A DNA stretch of 19,391 bases from Myxococcota bacterium. GTDB lineage: Bacteria > Myxococcota_A > UBA9160 > UBA4427. Made by a program: the position numbers and the translations under genes. Shown here one piece after another: positions 15,541 through 19,391 of the stretch; position 1 is the first letter of the stretch; every line of letters starts with the position of its first letter. Below the pieces are notes generated by a model. That model saw only the letters and a list, made by a program, of their open reading frames with translations. It made no database searches and was not told the DNA's origin. The DNA is taken from contig JAYZFK010000086.1 of NCBI GenBank assembly GCA_036336835.1, forward strand, positions 1-19,391, given 5' to 3'.

Positions 15541-16862
15541 CGCGGTGTAATCACGACCGGGAGCTCGGTGAAGCCGAATACGGCGGGATGCGGGATTCGC
15601 ACGGCGGGCCGCTCGGGATCCAGATCGAGCGTCGCCACTTGCGCCAGCAGTGTGGTCAGCGCCGTCTCGGCCTCGAGGAGCGCCAGGTTCCGCCCGAGGC
15701 AGACGTGGGGGCCGAGACCAAAGGCCAGGTGTCCACCGGCTCCGCGATCGAGGCGCAGCTCGTCCGGTCGTTCGAAGCGCTCGGGGTCGCGGTTCGCCGC
15801 GGCGAGCAACAGCACCAGGTGGGCGTTCTCGGGGATCTTCTCACCCCGAATCACCGTCGGCCGCACGGCGCGGCGATCGGTTCGCTGCACCGGCGACCAC
15901 AGCCGCAGGGTCTCCGCAACGAAGGCCCCGGTGCGCGCCGGCTGCTGCTGCAGTGTCGAGAGCAGCGCGCGATCCTCGCACAGCGCGTGCACGGCGTTGG
16001 CAAACAGGCTGGCCGTCGTGTCGATGCCGGCGACGATCAGCGCGAGTCCCTGCATCAGCACTTCGATCTCGGTCGCCTGCGGCCCGTGCTCGCCGCCGCG
16101 CGCGGCGCCGATCAACAGGCCGAGCACGTTCGGCTGGGGGTGGCGGCGCTGCGCCCGGACGACGCGACCGAAGAAGGCCAGGAACGCGGCGATTCCGCGG
16201 CAGCTCGCGAGCCGTTCGCGCGACAGGGCCGCGCCGCGCTCGGGAGCGGCGGCGGCCACCCGGCGCAGCATCGCGAGTCCCCGGGCGGGCCCGAGCGCCC
16301 GGGCGAGTTGCAGCCCCGCCGGCAGCAGCGCGGTCAGCTTCTCCCGACTCGATGCCTCGCGCTCGCCCGGTACCGCGTTCGCGAAGAAGACCGAGTTGAG
16401 GTTGTACGCCAGCTCGAGGAACTCGCTCTGGCGCGCGGGCGGGACGCCCAGGATCGCCCCGATCAGCTCGCAGGGGATTGGCTGACACCAGGAGGACACG
16501 ACTTCGCCGCGTCGGGCCCGGACGAGCTCGCGCGATCGCTCGTCGGCCGCTCGCTCTGCCACCTCGCGGAGCAGCTCGATCGCGGCGGGCGTGAAGGCCG
16601 CGGCGAGCACGGCGCGCAGGCGCCGGTGGCGTTCCCCATCGCTGAGCACTAGCAGCGGCGACTCCGCGCCCGCGACGAGCGAAGACGAGAAGGTCCCCGC
16701 ATCCGTCAGCACGGCGCGGACGTCCTCATAGCGGCTCAGGATGTAGACGTTTTCGCGGTCGGCCACCCGATGGATCGGGGCCTCCTCGCGCAGCCGTCGG
16801 TAGCAGGGCCACAGCTCAGCCTCCGGAAGCATCCGTTCGAGATCGAAGAGCGGGCTGGTCAT
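15537..16862 (-). CDS. Cytochrome P450, divergent, 441 aa, with internal insertion
   Basis: Starts MTSPLFD. Motifs HRRLR, AGIDTT, ETLR, AANRD and FGLGPHVCLG. Its stop overlaps the stop of the convergent SDR (15537-15540). Confidence 0.9.
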   Translation of the reverse strand: MTSPLFDLERMLPEAELWPCYRRLREEAPIHRVADRENVYILSRYEDVRAVLTDAGTFSSSLVAGAESPLLVLSDGERHRRLRAVLAAAFTPAAIELLREVAERAADERSRELVRARRGEVVSSWCQPIPCELIGAILGVPPARQSEFLELAYNLNSVFFANAVPGEREASSREKLTALLPAGLQLARALGPARGLAMLRRVAAAAPERGAALSRERLASCRGIAAFLAFFGRVVRAQRRHPQPNVLGLLIGAARGGEHGPQATEIEVLMQGLALIVAGIDTTASLFANAVHALCEDRALLSTLQQQPARTGAFVAETLRLWSPVQRTDRRAVRPTVIRGEKIPENAHLVLLLAAANRDPERFERPDELRLDRGAGGHLAFGLGPHVCLGRNLALLEAETALTTLLAQVATLDLDPERPAVRIPHPAVFGFTELPVVITPR

Positions 16863-16873
16863 GCGAGCGCGGG

Positions 16874-18049
16874 CTAGAAGACGACGGGCAACGAGGTGAT
16901 CGTCTCGGCCAGGGCACCGTCGTCGCGGCGGATCTCGGCGCGCGGAGCGAGCCGGAGCCCCGGCAGGCGGCTCACCACCTCCCGCATGACCACCGCGATC
17001 TCCATCTTTGCGAGGTTTGCTCCGAGGCAGTAATGCGCGCCGAAGCCGAAGGTCAGGTGTTCGTTGGGCGTGCGGTCGACGCGGAACTCGTGCGGCGCGT
17101 CGAAGACGCGCTCGTCGCGATTGGCCGACGTGTAGATCATCAGCACGCGCTGTCCTTCGAGGAGTTGCTTGCCGCAGAGCTCGGTGTCGCGAGTCACCGT
17201 GCGGCACAGGGCGCGCACGACGGAGGTCCAGCGCAGGATTTCCTCGACAGCCGTCGGCATCAGCGCGAGGTCCTGGCGCAGCCGCTCGAGCTGCTCGGGG
17301 TGCTGCAACAGAGCGAGCATGCCGCCCGAGATGGCATTTCGTGTGGTCTCGTTGCCGGCCATGATCAGCAGCATCAGGAATTGGATCAATTCGTCGTGCG
17401 CGAGTCCGGCGTCCTCGCCGAGCGCCCCGGCATCGCGTGCGGCAATCAGCGAGGAGAGGATGTCGTCTCGCGGTTCGGCTCGGCGTTTGCCGATCGCCTC
17501 TCCGAGGTAGGAGGCAAGTGCTGCGCTCGCCTCGGCGACTGCTTGCGAGCGTTGCGGGTCGCTGGAGGTTGCCTCGAAGATCGCGTCGCTCCAGCGGCGA
17601 AACTGGTCGATGTCGCCGTCGGCGATGCCGATCATCTCGGCGATCAGGCGCATCGGAACGGGCACGGCGAGGGCTTCGACGAAATCGCAGGCGCCGAGCG
17701 GAAGCACTCGATCGATGGCTTCGTCGATGTAGCGGTGTGCGTGCTCGGACAGGTAGCTCACGATGCGGGGCGTGAAGGCGCGGCTCACGAGGTTTCGGGT
17801 GCGCAGGTGTGCGCGGCCGTCCATGCATTCGATCGAGCCCCGCGTAGTCGACATCATGTGCCACGGCCCGTGGATCGCGTTCGAGAACCGGTCGGCATCC
17901 TTGGCGAGCGCGCGCACGTCCTCGTGGCGTGTCAGGATCCAGAAGCCGTTCTTCTCGTCCCAGTGGACGGGATCGTTGTCACGCAGCCAGCGGCATGCGG
18001 CATGGCGCTCCTCGAACGGGATGCTGAGGTCGTTGATGTCGTACTCCAT
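16874..18049 (-). CDS. Cytochrome P450 (CYP142/125-like by resemblance), 391 aa
   Basis: Starts MEYDIND after AAGGGAAGG. Motifs AFTPR, AGNETTRN, EEILRW, SANRDE and FGFGAHYCLG. Confidence 0.93.
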   Translation of the reverse strand: MEYDINDLSIPFEERHAACRWLRDNDPVHWDEKNGFWILTRHEDVRALAKDADRFSNAIHGPWHMMSTTRGSIECMDGRAHLRTRNLVSRAFTPRIVSYLSEHAHRYIDEAIDRVLPLGACDFVEALAVPVPMRLIAEMIGIADGDIDQFRRWSDAIFEATSSDPQRSQAVAEASAALASYLGEAIGKRRAEPRDDILSSLIAARDAGALGEDAGLAHDELIQFLMLLIMAGNETTRNAISGGMLALLQHPEQLERLRQDLALMPTAVEEILRWTSVVRALCRTVTRDTELCGKQLLEGQRVLMIYTSANRDERVFDAPHEFRVDRTPNEHLTFGFGAHYCLGANLAKMEIAVVMREVVSRLPGLRLAPRAEIRRDDGALAETITSLPVVF

Positions 18050-18135
18050 GGCCTTCCCTTGCCGCTGGACCCTCTCGCCCGCCGCGCGGAGAAGGTCACT
18101 CGATGCGTCGCCCGCGAACGTGAGAGGCTGCCCGG

Positions 18136-18537
18136 CTAGGCGGGGATCTCCACGTTCTCGATCAGGTGCCCTTCGGGATCCAACGTGAACCCTGCCTTGT
18201 AGGGCGTCGCTTCGCTCTGATAGGGCGCCAGGTAGACGCCGCCCCCCGCCGCGCGAACACTGTCGAACAGAGCGTCGATGTCCTGGGTGGTGAAGACGAG
18301 GATCGCTTCGCCCGTCTCCGGCGCCGCCCGGTCGACGTACTTCATCAGGATCAGCCCGCCTGCGGTCTCGCCGTCCTTGCCGAGGAAGATCTCGTCGATC
18401 GGCTCGCCGGCGATGTCGGCCTGGATGCGGCCGGTCTGTTCGAAGCCGTAGACGTTGCAGTAGAAGGTGGCCATTCGCTCGAGGTCGTGGACGACGAGCT
18501 TGGTGGCGGCAAAGGTCGCGCCGACGGGAGCGCTCAT
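18136..18537 (-). CDS. VOC / glyoxalase-bleomycin resistance family protein, 133 aa
   Basis: KLVVHDLERMATFYCNVYGF ... DIDA ... RAAGG ... DPEGHLIE. Confidence 0.85.
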   Translation of the reverse strand: MSAPVGATFAATKLVVHDLERMATFYCNVYGFEQTGRIQADIAGEPIDEIFLGKDGETAGGLILMKYVDRAAPETGEAILVFTTQDIDALFDSVRAAGGGVYLAPYQSEATPYKAGFTLDPEGHLIENVEIPA

Positions 18538-18619
18538 CCGGGCATTGTGACAGGCGCGGCTCGCAGGCGCTCGGGATCTCTCGCGACGCCAGCTGCCCAG
18601 GGGAGGTAGGATGGGCGCC

Positions 18620-19391
18620 ATGAACATCCCCGCCGACGATGCCAGCCTGGCCGAGGTGCTCGAGAGCGCCAACCTGCCGGCGCTGCTCCCCGCGATCGTA
18701 CAGCTGACGGGTGATATGAGCCTGTTGCAGCGCTTCTCGCCGCCGAGCCCGGGGGCAATGGGTGCCGTGGACGGCGACTTCTCGCCCGAGGATGCGGCGG
18801 CGATCCGCGCGCTGGCGCTCGAGGTGCTCGCGGCCTACCGCGACGGCGATGGCAGCCGCCCTCCGCTCCCCTCCGCGGAGCAGCTCCACGAGATGATGAA
18901 CTGGTGCGCTGGCGAGACCCTTCCCTCCGAGTACGTGCCGCTCGCGATCGAGGAGGCCGCGCTCGCGGAGCCGGATCCGAGGCGCTTCGAGTGGGGGGAG
19001 CGCCCGGATCCCGCGGTGCTGCGCGATTTCCATGTGCTGATCATCGGGGCGGGCTTCGGCGGAGTCTGTGCCGCCGTTCGGCTCGAGCAGGCCGGCATCC
19101 CCTATACGATCTGCGAGAAGAACGACGCCGTCGGTGGGACCTGGTACGAGAACAGTTACCCCGACCTGCGCGTCGACGTGCCCAACCACTTCTACTCCTA
19201 TTCGTTCGAGCCGAACCCCGATTGGTCGGACTACTTCGCGCGCCGCGACGAGCTCGAGGCCTACATCGGCGCCTGCGCGCGTAAGCACGGCATCGACCAG
19301 CGGGTGAGGTTCAGTACCGAGGTCGTCGAGGCGACGTACGACGAGCCGAGCGCGCGGTGGCGCGTCCGTGTGCGGGACGCGGAGGGCGGTG
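18620..19391 (+). CDS. Baeyer-Villiger/flavin monooxygenase, 4-hydroxyacetophenone monooxygenase (HAPMO)-like, truncated by the window end
   Basis: Manual translation is open to the window end: MNIPADDASLAEVLESANLPALLPAIVQLTGD... VLIIGAGFGG... EKNDAVGGTWYENSYPDLRVDVPNHFYSYSF. An in-frame alternative ATG lies at 18611. Confidence 0.9.
   Translation, partial: MNIPADDASLAEVLESANLPALLPAIVQLTGDMSLLQRFSPPSPGAMGAVDGDFSPEDAAAIRALALEVLAAYRDGDGSRPPLPSAEQLHEMMNWCAGETLPSEYVPLAIEEAALAEPDPRRFEWGERPDPAVLRDFHVLIIGAGFGGVCAAVRLEQAGIPYTICEKNDAVGGTWYENSYPDLRVDVPNHFYSYSFEPNPDWSDYFARRDELEAYIGACARKHGIDQRVRFSTEVVEATYDEPSARWRVRVRDAEGG

Noticed and set aside
17378..17392. AT-rich palindrome GAATTG-GAT-CAATTC inside a P450 gene
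   Set aside because: It occurs once, is short, and is explained by codons for ELIQF. Nothing supports a regulatory role.
16863..19288. 775-aa and 804-aa P450 fusion ORFs
   Set aside because: The extensions are off-frame or antisense reads of neighbouring genes. The P450 domains begin at 16862 and 18049.

Overview
GC-rich bacterial window, densely coding, with 22 genes. The first gene is truncated by the left edge and the last by the right edge. It is an oxidative-catabolism cluster: four cytochromes P450, three SDRs, two amidohydrolases, a nitronate-monooxygenase-family flavoprotein, two probable F420-dependent enzymes (LLM class and Ddn-like), an alpha/beta hydrolase, a Coq4-family protein, a cupin, a DUF1214-like protein, a VOC/glyoxalase protein and a HAPMO-type Baeyer-Villiger monooxygenase that the ORF track misses. 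I saw no ferredoxin or reductase, regulator, transporter, mobile element, RNA gene or CRISPR array. Two things stand out. (1) An ATGA-coupled three-gene operon on the minus strand encodes a secreted AHL-lactonase-like metallo-hydrolase, an unknown protein and a styrene-oxide-isomerase (StyC)-like membrane protein. The StyC-like protein keeps the heme-ligand His but appears to lack the catalytic Tyr. (2) A 19-bp tandem repeat lies in the probable 5' leader of the divergent cupin-P450 operon, and its variable loop bases always keep a GNRA tetraloop. Family calls come from motif recognition and memory. No database searches were run.
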